A stretch of DNA of 64,000 nucleotides from Marinagarivorans cellulosilyticus (GTDB taxonomy: Bacteria > Pseudomonadota > Gammaproteobacteria > Pseudomonadales > Cellvibrionaceae). This document shows positions 42,830 to 51,766 of the stretch, in pieces. The notes beneath the pieces were generated by a model. It did no database searches, was not told the origin of the DNA, and worked only from the letters and a program-made list of their open reading frames with translations. Position 1 is the first letter of the stretch, and each line of letters begins with the position of its first letter. A program made the position numbers and the translations under genes. The DNA is taken from positions 3,046,453 to 3,110,452 of the forward strand of contig NZ_AP023086.1 in assembly GCF_021655555.1 (NCBI RefSeq). Direction: 5' to 3'.

Positions 42830-44126
42830 GTTGCAATTACACTGGCAAATATTGATAGCCATAGCGGCTGCATTGTTGATTAGCCTACCGCTGTCTGTTA
42901 GTGCAGAGGTGTTTGGGATATCACTGTATGCGGTATTTGATTTTGTTGGCACGCTATTTCTACGTGGCTTGAAAATGGTGGTTGTTCCCTTGGTGTTAGC
43001 CTCGATTATTTGCGGTGTGTATGGCTTGGGTTCTGGCGAACATGTTGGGCGCTTGGGGGGCAAGACGCTTGGCTTTTATATGCTATCTAGCTTGTTGGCT
43101 ATTTGCATAGGCTTGGCTGCCGTTAATATTTCTCAGCCGGGTATTGTTGATGGTGAGCCAGCTCGCGAGCAGCTGAATTTAAGTGCTCCTGAAGAGTTAG
43201 ATGGCGCATTGGATAAAGTCAGCGGCAAGAGCACTGAAGACATCGCTGGTGTCTTTTTACGCATGTTACCTACAAACATAGTCGATGCTGCTGGTGATAG
43301 TAATCAGTTGTTGGCAGTCATTATTTTTGGCGTTTTATTTGGCCTGTTTATGAATAAGGCTGGCGCCAAAGGTCGGGAAACCTTGGCCAATTTTTGGCAA
43401 GGTGTTTTCGATACCATGATGCACATAACAATGTTTATTATGAAGTTTGCGCCAATAGGTGTTTTTGGCTTGGTGGCAAAAACAGCGATGGCAACAGGAG
43501 TGCAAAGTTTTATACCTTTGGCGGTATTCTTTTTAACCGTTGTGTTTGCTTTAGCTTTTCATATGTTCATTACGCTCGCGTTATTATTAAAAACCTTGGG
43601 TGGGGTAAATCCAATATTGCATTATCGAGCAATGTTTCCTGCTATGTTAACGGCTTTTTCAACGGCAAGTTCGTCGGCAACATTACCGGTAACGATGGAT
43701 TGCTTGCAAAAAAAGGCAGGTGTTTCCAATAAGACGTCATCCTTCGTTATCCCTTTAGGGGCAACGGTAAACATGGACGGTACGGCCCTGTACGAATGTG
43801 TTGCGGCAATGTTTATCGCGCAAGCCTACGGTTTGGATTTATCCATTGCGCAGCAGTTTATGGTGGTATTAATTGCATTATTAACCTCTGTAGGGGTGGC
43901 GGGGATTCCATCGGCGAGTTTAGTGGCAATTGCTATTATTTTGGGGGCTATAGGTTTGCCCTTAGAAGGCATTGGTTTGTTATTGGTTACCGATAGAGTG
44001 TTGGATATGATGCGGACTGCTGTGAATGTCTTTAGTGATAGTTGCTGCGCTGTGATTATGGCAAAAGCGGAAGGTGAAACGGGTGTGCTTGCGCCAAATG
44101 ATGAGATAAAACCCGAGCATGCTTAA
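42822..44126 (+). CDS. Dicarboxylate/amino acid:cation symporter (DAACS/GltP family)
   Basis: Multi-TM protein with the SSSATLP signature (FSTASSSATLPVTM) and NMDGTALYE. The ATG at 42822 overlaps the HU-like stop (aATGtTTAAg). Confidence 0.85.
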   Translation: MFKLQLHWQILIAIAAALLISLPLSVSAEVFGISLYAVFDFVGTLFLRGLKMVVVPLVLASIICGVYGLGSGEHVGRLGGKTLGFYMLSSLLAICIGLAAVNISQPGIVDGEPAREQLNLSAPEELDGALDKVSGKSTEDIAGVFLRMLPTNIVDAAGDSNQLLAVIIFGVLFGLFMNKAGAKGRETLANFWQGVFDTMMHITMFIMKFAPIGVFGLVAKTAMATGVQSFIPLAVFFLTVVFALAFHMFITLALLLKTLGGVNPILHYRAMFPAMLTAFSTASSSATLPVTMDCLQKKAGVSNKTSSFVIPLGATVNMDGTALYECVAAMFIAQAYGLDLSIAQQFMVVLIALLTSVGVAGIPSASLVAIAIILGAIGLPLEGIGLLLVTDRVLDMMRTAVNVFSDSCCAVIMAKAEGETGVLAPNDEIKPEHA

Positions 44127-44171
44127 TGCTAATGTTGAACGCTTATAGCACTTAATAACCGAGCTGCCCGC

Positions 44172-46487
44172 TTAGCTTGAGTGCTGTGAGTGAGAGGCAA
44201 TAGGGTCTTCCGCGAAGGCTGGCGGTTCCATAGGTGATACGGTATCGATCAACAGTTTTTCGATAACTTCTGCCGGTTGTGGCCGCGCAAGGAAATAGCC
44301 TTGGCCGTGGGAGCATTTTAGGTCGACTAAGGCGTCTAGCTGGTTTTGCGTTTCGATGCCTTCAGCAATAATGTCGAGCCCTAAATTATTACCCAGCTCA
44401 ATAATGAAATTAACAATTGAGCGGTAATAGTTATTTTTATCAAAGTTATCAATAAACGAGCGATCTATTTTGAGGCTATCTACTGGCAGGTTATTCAAAT
44501 AACCCAAATTTGAATAACCCGTACCAAAGTCGTCTACGGCTACACGAATACCTTGGCTGCGCAATAGATCCAGCTGATCGGTTGCGTGTGATTGCTCCTC
44601 CAAAAAAAGCCCTTCGGTAATTTCTAGTTCTAAACTGGCGGGGTTAATACTGGTTGTTTTAATCACATCGTTAATCATTGTTGTTAATGTATCGCCACGA
44701 AAATGCACCGTCGATAAATTGCTGGCTAAGACGATGTGACCAAAGCCCATGTGATGCCATTTATGTATTTGGGTTGCCGCGGTAGTTAAGACCCATTTAT
44801 CCAATAAGTAAATTAAACCGCTTTGTTCTGCAATGGGAATAAAGTCGGCAGGGGATACCCATTGATCGGTGCGTTGGTTTTTCCAGCGTACAAGGGCTTC
44901 TACCCCGGTTAATTCCGATGTTTGAATATTAAATTGTGGTTGATAATTAACGGATAGCTCTTGCTGGTTATGTAACGCACGGCGCAGATCTTGTTCGATT
45001 TCTTTGCGGGCTTGTATGTCGTTGGCTAGCGCAGTTTCAAAAAGGGTAAAAGATCCTCGGCCTAAATTCTTTTGGTGGTACAGCGCAATATCGGCGTGTT
45101 GAATAAGCTCTTGCTCACTATTGCCGTGTTCAGGATAAAGCGCAATGCCTGCACTGGCGCTAATGGGGATGATGTTGTTCTCGATAATAACGGGCTCTTT
45201 AAAGCCCGAATATATGCGCTTAATAATGGCGTGGGCACTGGCTAAATCAGTGACATTGGGTAGCACAATTGCAAATTCGTCACCGCCTAACCGGCTGGCA
45301 AAGTCGTTAGTGCGTAATGTTTTTTTTATGCGCTCGGCAGACTCTTTAATAAGGCGGTCGCCTATTTGGTGACCTAAGCTATCATTCACGTCTTTAAAGT
45401 GGTCTAAATCGAGTAGTACTATGGCGAAGTCTTTCTTTTCTTGCAGTAAATAGTGCAGCTTTAAATTGAGCATGTTGCGGTTAGATAGCCCAGTTAAAGG
45501 GTCGTGTTCCGCTAAATACCGAATATCCCGTTCGGCCTGTTTGCGCTGGCTAACATCGAGTATCACCATCATGTACGATTGCTCACCATCGACACTTTCG
45601 ATGTTTTTGCTGCGTGCAATATAAAGCGTTTTTTCGGGGTGTTTATCTACAGTGGCTTCAACGTACAGAGGGTGTTTGCCGCGCAATAGGCGCGCTTGCG
45701 ACTCCTTATGACTAAGAAGCTTATCGTTTTGGTAAATTTGTAGGGTTTTTAGCGCGCTGTTATCGAGTAGTTGGGTTTCATCACTGCAGTCCAAAATACC
45801 AATAAGGGCATTATTGTGGAATAGGGTGCTGCCTGAATTAGCTATTTGCCAAATGCCCACAGGGGCTACTTGGGTTAGTGCCGTATAGCGTTTTTCACTA
45901 TCGCTAAGCTGCAATTCGCGGTGTTTTAGGTCGCTTATATCAATGCCGTAGCTCACGGTGGCGCCACTATTTGTGCGGTGCTTAGAAACTCTTAGCCAGC
46001 GGCCGTCGGGGCAGTATTCGTCTTTGTGCTCTCCTGAGCCTGCTCTATGAAGAGTTAAACGGCGATTAACCCATTGCTCGATGTTATCTGTTGCGGTGAA
46101 TTGCTTAGCAGTGGCGCGCATCAGTTGTTCGTAGGTTAGGTCGTCCGCGTATTGCTCGAAGGCGGCTTGGTGTATCTTTCGGTAGGCCTCATTGCAGTCA
46201 ATAAATTGATCGTTGTGATCAAAAATAGATAGCGCATAAGGTGTCGCCGCAACCGCTTCGCGGTACAGGTTAAGTTGTTGCTCTGTGCGTCGATGTTTTA
46301 AATGCAACGTATAGAACATGCCGCTTATGGCAAGTGATGCCAGTGCCCCAAGCGCTAACAGTATTAGCCACACCGGCGCCGTTGCACTGTCGAATAACAC
46401 CATTAACAACGCGCTTAATGGTGCTGCCGTTGCAAGCAGGCACAAAGCGGTTGTGAATAAGCGGGATTTAACGGCTGAAAACTTCAA
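44172..46487 (-). CDS. Membrane-anchored PAS-GGDEF-EAL c-di-GMP signalling protein
   Basis: Two N-terminal TM segments, PAS-like regions, GGDEF (RLGGDEFAIVL) and EAL (LKIDRSFI, EGIETQ). Confidence 0.9.
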   Translation of the reverse strand: MKFSAVKSRLFTTALCLLATAAPLSALLMVLFDSATAPVWLILLALGALASLAISGMFYTLHLKHRRTEQQLNLYREAVAATPYALSIFDHNDQFIDCNEAYRKIHQAAFEQYADDLTYEQLMRATAKQFTATDNIEQWVNRRLTLHRAGSGEHKDEYCPDGRWLRVSKHRTNSGATVSYGIDISDLKHRELQLSDSEKRYTALTQVAPVGIWQIANSGSTLFHNNALIGILDCSDETQLLDNSALKTLQIYQNDKLLSHKESQARLLRGKHPLYVEATVDKHPEKTLYIARSKNIESVDGEQSYMMVILDVSQRKQAERDIRYLAEHDPLTGLSNRNMLNLKLHYLLQEKKDFAIVLLDLDHFKDVNDSLGHQIGDRLIKESAERIKKTLRTNDFASRLGGDEFAIVLPNVTDLASAHAIIKRIYSGFKEPVIIENNIIPISASAGIALYPEHGNSEQELIQHADIALYHQKNLGRGSFTLFETALANDIQARKEIEQDLRRALHNQQELSVNYQPQFNIQTSELTGVEALVRWKNQRTDQWVSPADFIPIAEQSGLIYLLDKWVLTTAATQIHKWHHMGFGHIVLASNLSTVHFRGDTLTTMINDVIKTTSINPASLELEITEGLFLEEQSHATDQLDLLRSQGIRVAVDDFGTGYSNLGYLNNLPVDSLKIDRSFIDNFDKNNYYRSIVNFIIELGNNLGLDIIAEGIETQNQLDALVDLKCSHGQGYFLARPQPAEVIEKLLIDTVSPMEPPAFAEDPIASHSQHSS

Positions 46488-46707
46488 TAAAAATCTCCGC
46501 CAAGGCTGCTTAATTGCAATGGCTGCAGTGCCAAGCCGGAGAATGAGAGCTTTTGATTATCAAAGCTGCCACCTGTACGTACCGCCTTCCTCACACTGCC
46601 TCCAGTTTGCTTCCAGATTTCTGGTCTTATTTGAGTATAGGCACGGTATTGTAAGAAACAGGCACGAAATGGCAGCCTTCTAGCAAAAAAGTATAAGAAG
46701 CAGACTA

Positions 46708-46824
46708 TTAATGCTCTCGTTGTTTATCAGCGTATCGGTCAATAAATGCAAGGCCTGTGGTCGCGGCGGCTAAAACTAATAAAACGCCGAATACAGCAAG
46801 GGTGGCAATGGTAGCTTGGATCAT
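46708..46824 (-). CDS. Unannotated 38-aa single-TM small membrane protein (MIQATIATLAVFGVLLVLAAATTGLAFIDRYADKQREH)
   Basis: A GGAGA RBS lies 5 nt upstream of the ATG. The protein has a hydrophobic helix plus a charged tail. It falls below the 60-aa cutoff of the ORF track. Confidence 0.4.
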   Translation of the reverse strand: MIQATIATLAVFGVLLVLAAATTGLAFIDRYADKQREH

Positions 46825-46967
46825 GGCAATTCTCCGTCTGTTACAAAATAATATTGCGGTCAATATTTCTGTTTACAGGATTACACGGAGGAGGAGAGAA
46901 GGGTTTGATTTACCGCAATAGCAGGCAAGGGGTTTTTTGCGGTAAATCAAATAGAGGGTTGTGTTCG

Positions 46968-47543
46968 TTAAAGCGGGATGCCGTAGCTATGAGCGACGCC
47001 CATCACAAGCATGCGCAAAATATAAATGCCCATAGCCACTGCCATAAAGGAGAAATCAAAACCTCCCATCGGGGGGATTAGCTTGCGTACAGGAACACAA
47101 ATAGGCTCGATTATTTGCCGCATCAACAGTAAGGCAAAGTTACTACTGTAAGGCGCTATAAAGCTGGCGATTGCAACAATAAACATACTAATCATATAAA
47201 TGCCAAGTATTAGCATCAGTAGCGCGAGCAAAGCCCAGATAAAGATCAAACCGCCGTATAAGCCTACAGCGCCACCTGCGACTAGCTGTATTAACCAAAT
47301 AAAAATGATTTGCGCGATAAAGGCAAGTACAAGCGCGGCAATATCAAACCCGCCCATCCCGGGAATTACTTTTCGCAGTGGCTTTAACAAAGGGTTGGTA
47401 ACTTTTACGATAAGCTGAGATAACGGATTGTAGAAATCTGCCCGCACAATTTGCAGTAAAAACCGCAACAGTACGGCGCCGACGTAGAGTGTGGCTAAGG
47501 TGTTTATGATAAATATAGCGATTTGTACGAACGTGCCTTGCAT
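46968..47543 (-). CDS. yggT: YggT family membrane protein
   Basis: Duplicated YggT repeats (PLRKVIPGMGGFDIA and PVRKLIPPMGGFDFS). Conserved position next to proC. Confidence 0.85.
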   Translation of the reverse strand: MQGTFVQIAIFIINTLATLYVGAVLLRFLLQIVRADFYNPLSQLIVKVTNPLLKPLRKVIPGMGGFDIAALVLAFIAQIIFIWLIQLVAGGAVGLYGGLIFIWALLALLMLILGIYMISMFIVAIASFIAPYSSNFALLLMRQIIEPICVPVRKLIPPMGGFDFSFMAVAMGIYILRMLVMGVAHSYGIPL

Positions 47544-47582
47544 AAGAAACCCTTAAATTCGGTACGTGTTAAAAGTGAAGTG

Positions 47583-48392
47583 TTAAGAAAGTTCTTCTGC
47601 CATAACTTTTGAGCGCTCAGCGCATGCTGCCATGGCTTTATTAATAGTGCCGCGCAGGCCGCTGTGTTCGAAGCTTAAGATGGCTTGCTCGGTTGTGCCA
47701 CCAGGGGAGGTCACTTTTTTGCGCAGTGTTTCGAGGTTGTCATCGCTTTGTTCTGCCAATAGCGCGGCGCCTTTAGCCGTTTGGATAGCCAGTGATTGCG
47801 CTGTGTGTTGGTCTAGCCCTTGTTCTACTGCAGCTTGTGTCATGGCTTCTAAAAAGAGGAAGAAGTAGGCAGGGCCACTGCCCGATACGGCGGTTACTGT
47901 GTGCATCAGCGCTTCATCGTCGACCCATACCGCTTTGCCTGTTGCTTCTAAAATGGCTTGGGCAGCTTGTTTTTGTAAGGTATTTGTATTTGCATTTGCG
48001 TATAAACCGCAGGCACCTTGGCCTATCAGTGAAGGGGTATTTGGCATGCACCTTACGATGGCTGCGTTCTTACCCAGCCATTTTTCTAGTGATTCGCAGC
48101 TGATGCCAGCGGCGACAGAAATCACTAATTTGCCTTGGATGTAGGGGGCTATTTCTTCGCATACGCCAAACATCATCTGTGGCTTTACTGCGAGAATGAT
48201 AATACGGCAGGCCTCTACGGCGGCGACGTTATTGTCTGTGGTGTTTACGCCAAAGTTATCTGCAAGGTTAGTGCGCTTGTCTTCGCTGCGTGCCGTTGCC
48301 CAAATGGACTCTTTGCGTGAGCCTGATTTGAGCAGGCCGCCAATAATGCTTTGTGCCATGTTGCCGGCACCAATAAAACAGATATTACTCAT
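47583..48392 (-). CDS. proC: Pyrroline-5-carboxylate reductase
   Basis: N-terminal Rossmann fold ICFIGAGNMAQSIIGGL and the ProC C-terminal dimerisation region VTSPGGTTEQAI. Confidence 0.95.
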   Translation of the reverse strand: MSNICFIGAGNMAQSIIGGLLKSGSRKESIWATARSEDKRTNLADNFGVNTTDNNVAAVEACRIIILAVKPQMMFGVCEEIAPYIQGKLVISVAAGISCESLEKWLGKNAAIVRCMPNTPSLIGQGACGLYANANTNTLQKQAAQAILEATGKAVWVDDEALMHTVTAVSGSGPAYFFLFLEAMTQAAVEQGLDQHTAQSLAIQTAKGAALLAEQSDDNLETLRKKVTSPGGTTEQAILSFEHSGLRGTINKAMAACAERSKVMAEELS

Positions 48393-48458
48393 AATCGCTA
48401 TTATCTCGTTAGGTCAAGGGTACGGCGCGTAAGCCCTTAGGTTAGTCTAGTGTTTGGG

Positions 48459-49136
48459 TTATTGAGACGACTGTGCCGCGGCCTGCCTAGGGCCAAACAA
48501 TGCTGTGCCAATGCGCACGATTGTGCTGCCGGCGGCAATGGCGTCCTCCATATCGGCAGACATTCCCATGGATAGTGTCTGCAGTTGGTATTGTTGTGCT
48601 AAAGCTTGCATGGCTTGGAATGCCGCCTTAGGGGCGGCTTTGCTCGGGATCGCCATGAAGCCTCTAAGCTTTAAATTCGGTAGTTGCTCTATAGCCGAAA
48701 CCAAGGCCGGTAATTCGCATGTGCTAACGCCAGATTTTGTTTCTTCATTATCAATATTCACTTGAATACACACTTGCAGCGGTGGCAGGTGGGCTGGGCG
48801 TTGATCGCTCAGCCTTTTAGCCACTTTTTCGCGATCTAGGGAGTGTACCCAGTGGCAGTGCTCGGCCACTATGCGTGTTTTGTTGGACTGAATAGGGCCG
48901 ATGAAGTGCCAAATAATACCGAGGTTGCCGAGCGCTGTCGCTTTTTGTTCTAACTCTTGTACATAATTCTCGCCAAAGTGGCGCTGGCCGGCGTTGTAAG
49001 CCTCTTCTAGCGCACTAATTGGTTGCACCTTAGACACCGCAAGCAAAAGAATATCACTTGATGCTCGGTGATGCTTATGTGCGGCTTGCTCAATAAGCTG
49101 GTGGATTTGCGCTAGGTTGTGTGAAATGTTCGTCAT
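48459..49136 (-). CDS. yggS: YggS family pyridoxal-phosphate homeostasis protein
   Basis: Matches E. coli YggS (NISHNLAQI, LLAVSKVQP, GQRHFGENYVQE). The start is the Met at 49136 rather than the track start at 49172. Confidence 0.9.
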   Translation of the reverse strand: MTNISHNLAQIHQLIEQAAHKHHRASSDILLLAVSKVQPISALEEAYNAGQRHFGENYVQELEQKATALGNLGIIWHFIGPIQSNKTRIVAEHCHWVHSLDREKVAKRLSDQRPAHLPPLQVCIQVNIDNEETKSGVSTCELPALVSAIEQLPNLKLRGFMAIPSKAAPKAAFQAMQALAQQYQLQTLSMGMSADMEDAIAAGSTIVRIGTALFGPRQAAAQSSQ

Positions 49137-49433
49137 ATACTGGCTGTTTAGTCTCTCTCGAGTGGGGTACACTCGGTATTTTAGTGGCGCGCGTCGCCTT
49201 AGAGTACAGGCTGCACGCTTTAGGCCTCACAATACAAAGGCTTGATAAATAGTGGTGGTACAAGCTAGTTTATCAAGTTGCTTGGCTAAACCCCACGCCC
49301 CATGTGTTGCGTGGTTAAGATATAACAATAACGTAAAGACAGATCAGTTTGTTTGTTCAAGCCGTTCAGCTAGGCTTACAACGGTGTATAAACAATTGAT
49401 TTGAACGAGATAAGAACAGCAAAGGTTTTCACT

Positions 49434-50468
49434 ATGGATATTACTGAACTGTTGGCGTTTTCTGCCAAGCAGGGTGCTTCCGACTTACACCTCTCGGCAG
49501 GCTTACCGCCAATGATTCGTGTCGATGGCGATGTGCGTCGCATTAACTTGCCGCCGATGGATCACAAATCGGTGCATGCGTTGATCTACGAGATCATGAA
49601 CGACAAGCAGCGCAAAGATTTCGAAGAGTTCCTAGAAACCGATTTCTCTTTCGAAGTGCCCGGCGTGGCGCGTTTTCGTGTCAACGCTTTTAACCACAAC
49701 CGCGGTGCCGGTGCGGTTTTCCGTACCATTCCATCGAAAGTACTGACGATGGAAGAGCTCGGTATGGGGCAGGTGTTTCGTGATATTTGCTCTGTGCCAC
49801 GGGGTCTAGTATTGGTAACAGGGCCTACTGGTTCGGGTAAGTCTACAACGCTGGCAGCGATGGTCGACTTTATCAACGAAAGTAAGTACGAACACATCCT
49901 TACCATCGAAGACCCTATCGAATTCGTTCACGAGTCGAAAAAATGCTTGGTTAACCAGCGCGAAGTACACCGCGATACTCACGGCTTTGCTGAAGCGCTT
50001 CGCTCGGCGCTGCGGGAAGATCCCGATATCATTCTTGTTGGTGAGATGCGAGACCTAGAAACCATTCGCTTGGCGCTAACAGCTGCTGAAACGGGCCACT
50101 TAGTTTTCGGCACCTTGCACACTACCTCAGCTGCTAAAACCATCGACCGTATTGTAGATGTATTCCCCGCTAACGAGAAAGCCATGGTGCGTTCGATGCT
50201 GTCGGAATCGTTACAGGCTGTAATTTCGCAAACCCTTATGAAGCGTGTTGGCGGCGGCCGTATTGCAGCACATGAAATTATGCGCGGTACGCCCGCGATC
50301 CGTAACTTGATTCGTGAAGATAAAGTTGCACAAATGTATTCATCGATTCAAACGGGCTCGGCTGTGGGCATGCAGACGATGGATCAATGCTTGGCAGACC
50401 TCGTCGAGCGTCGCATTATTAGTCGCGATATAGCGCGCGAAAAAGCGAAAATGCCAGAAAATTTCTAA
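49434..50468 (+). CDS. pilT: Type IV pilus twitching-motility ATPase PilT
   Basis: Nearly identical over its length to Pseudomonas PilT (MDITELLAFSAKQGASDLHLSAGLPPMIRVDGDVRRINLPP..., Walker A GPTGSGKST). Confidence 0.95.
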   Translation: MDITELLAFSAKQGASDLHLSAGLPPMIRVDGDVRRINLPPMDHKSVHALIYEIMNDKQRKDFEEFLETDFSFEVPGVARFRVNAFNHNRGAGAVFRTIPSKVLTMEELGMGQVFRDICSVPRGLVLVTGPTGSGKSTTLAAMVDFINESKYEHILTIEDPIEFVHESKKCLVNQREVHRDTHGFAEALRSALREDPDIILVGEMRDLETIRLALTAAETGHLVFGTLHTTSAAKTIDRIVDVFPANEKAMVRSMLSESLQAVISQTLMKRVGGGRIAAHEIMRGTPAIRNLIREDKVAQMYSSIQTGSAVGMQTMDQCLADLVERRIISRDIAREKAKMPENF

Positions 50469-50557
50469 GATTGGCCGGTGCCGGCGCTGTGCGCCGGTTT
50501 ATTGCTTAGCGCAGCCGCGCAAGCCTTGAGACGAACAACGATAGTAAGAGAGCTACG

Positions 50558-51700
50558 ATGGAAATTGATCGACTCCTCCGCTTAATGGTGGAAAAACAAG
50601 CGTCCGACTTATTTATTACTGCCGGTGTACCGCCATCAATGAAGGTAAACGGTAAAATTACCCCAGTCACAACAACGCCTTTATCGCCCGAAAAGTCGCG
50701 TGAAACGGTGCTTAGCACCATGAACGAAAAACAGCGCGAAGAGTTCGTTGATAAAAAAGAGCTAAACTTTGCCATCAGCGCCCGTGGTGTTGGCCGTTTC
50801 CGTGTGAGTGCTTTTTATCAGCGCAACCTTGCTGGTATGGTTTTGCGTCGCATTGAAACCAAAATTCCAAAGGTTGATGAATTGGGCTTGCCTGAAATCA
50901 TTAAAGACCTAGCTATGACAAAGCGCGGCCTAATTATTTTTGTGGGCGCTACCGGTACGGGTAAATCCACATCGCTCGCGGCGATGATTGGGCACCGCAA
51001 CCGCAACTCGAAAGGCCATATTATTTCCATTGAAGATCCTATTGAATTTGTTCACCAGCACCAAGGTTGCGTTATTACGCAGCGTGAGGTGGGCATTGAT
51101 ACTGAATCTTTTGATGTAGCTTTGAAAAACACATTGCGTCAAGCACCCGATGTGATTTTGATTGGTGAGGTTCGTTCGCGCGAAACAATGGAAAACGCCA
51201 TTGCCTTTGCTGAAACCGGCCACTTATGTTTGTGTACACTGCACGCTAACAACGCTAACCAAGCATTGGATCGCATTATTCACTTTTTCCCCGCCGATCG
51301 TCATACGCAACTGTGGATGGATTTGTCGCTAAACTTAAAAGCCATTGTGGCGCAGCAGTTAATTCCCACGCCCGACGGCAATGGTCGCCGCGCGTGTTTA
51401 GAAATTATGCTTAATACGCCATTAGCAGCAGATACTATCCGTAAGGGCGAAGTACACGAGCTGAAAGAGTTAATGAAAAAATCAACCGAGCTGGGCATGC
51501 AGACTTTTGACCAAGCGTTATACGATTTATATGACGCCGGTGAAATCACCTACGAGGATGCATTGGCGCACGCTGACTCTGCCAACGATTTACGCCTGCT
51601 TATTAAATTGGGCTCTGAATCGGATGCGGAGTACTTGTCGAATGCCGCCGATGAGTTGTCTATTCAGGAAGATGATACCAATCGGATGCGTAGGTTTTAA
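50558..51700 (+). CDS. pilU: Type IV pilus ATPase PilU
   Basis: PilT paralog (GATGTGKSTSLAAMIGHRN) immediately downstream of pilT with an extended C-terminus, as in PilU. Confidence 0.9.
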   Translation: MEIDRLLRLMVEKQASDLFITAGVPPSMKVNGKITPVTTTPLSPEKSRETVLSTMNEKQREEFVDKKELNFAISARGVGRFRVSAFYQRNLAGMVLRRIETKIPKVDELGLPEIIKDLAMTKRGLIIFVGATGTGKSTSLAAMIGHRNRNSKGHIISIEDPIEFVHQHQGCVITQREVGIDTESFDVALKNTLRQAPDVILIGEVRSRETMENAIAFAETGHLCLCTLHANNANQALDRIIHFFPADRHTQLWMDLSLNLKAIVAQQLIPTPDGNGRRACLEIMLNTPLAADTIRKGEVHELKELMKKSTELGMQTFDQALYDLYDAGEITYEDALAHADSANDLRLLIKLGSESDAEYLSNAADELSIQEDDTNRMRRF

Positions 51701-51720
51701 AGTTAAAATAAGGCATTACG

Positions 51721-51750
51721 AAAAAACCGGCGGCTGCCGGTTTTTTTTCG
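51721..51750. terminator. Bidirectional rho-independent terminator (aaaaaaCCGGCGGCTGCCGGtttttttt)
   Basis: Perfect GC hairpin flanked by an A-run and a T-run between convergent pilU and the GT2-PGT gene. Confidence 0.85.
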
Positions 51751-51766
51751 CCTAAATATCGGGCTG

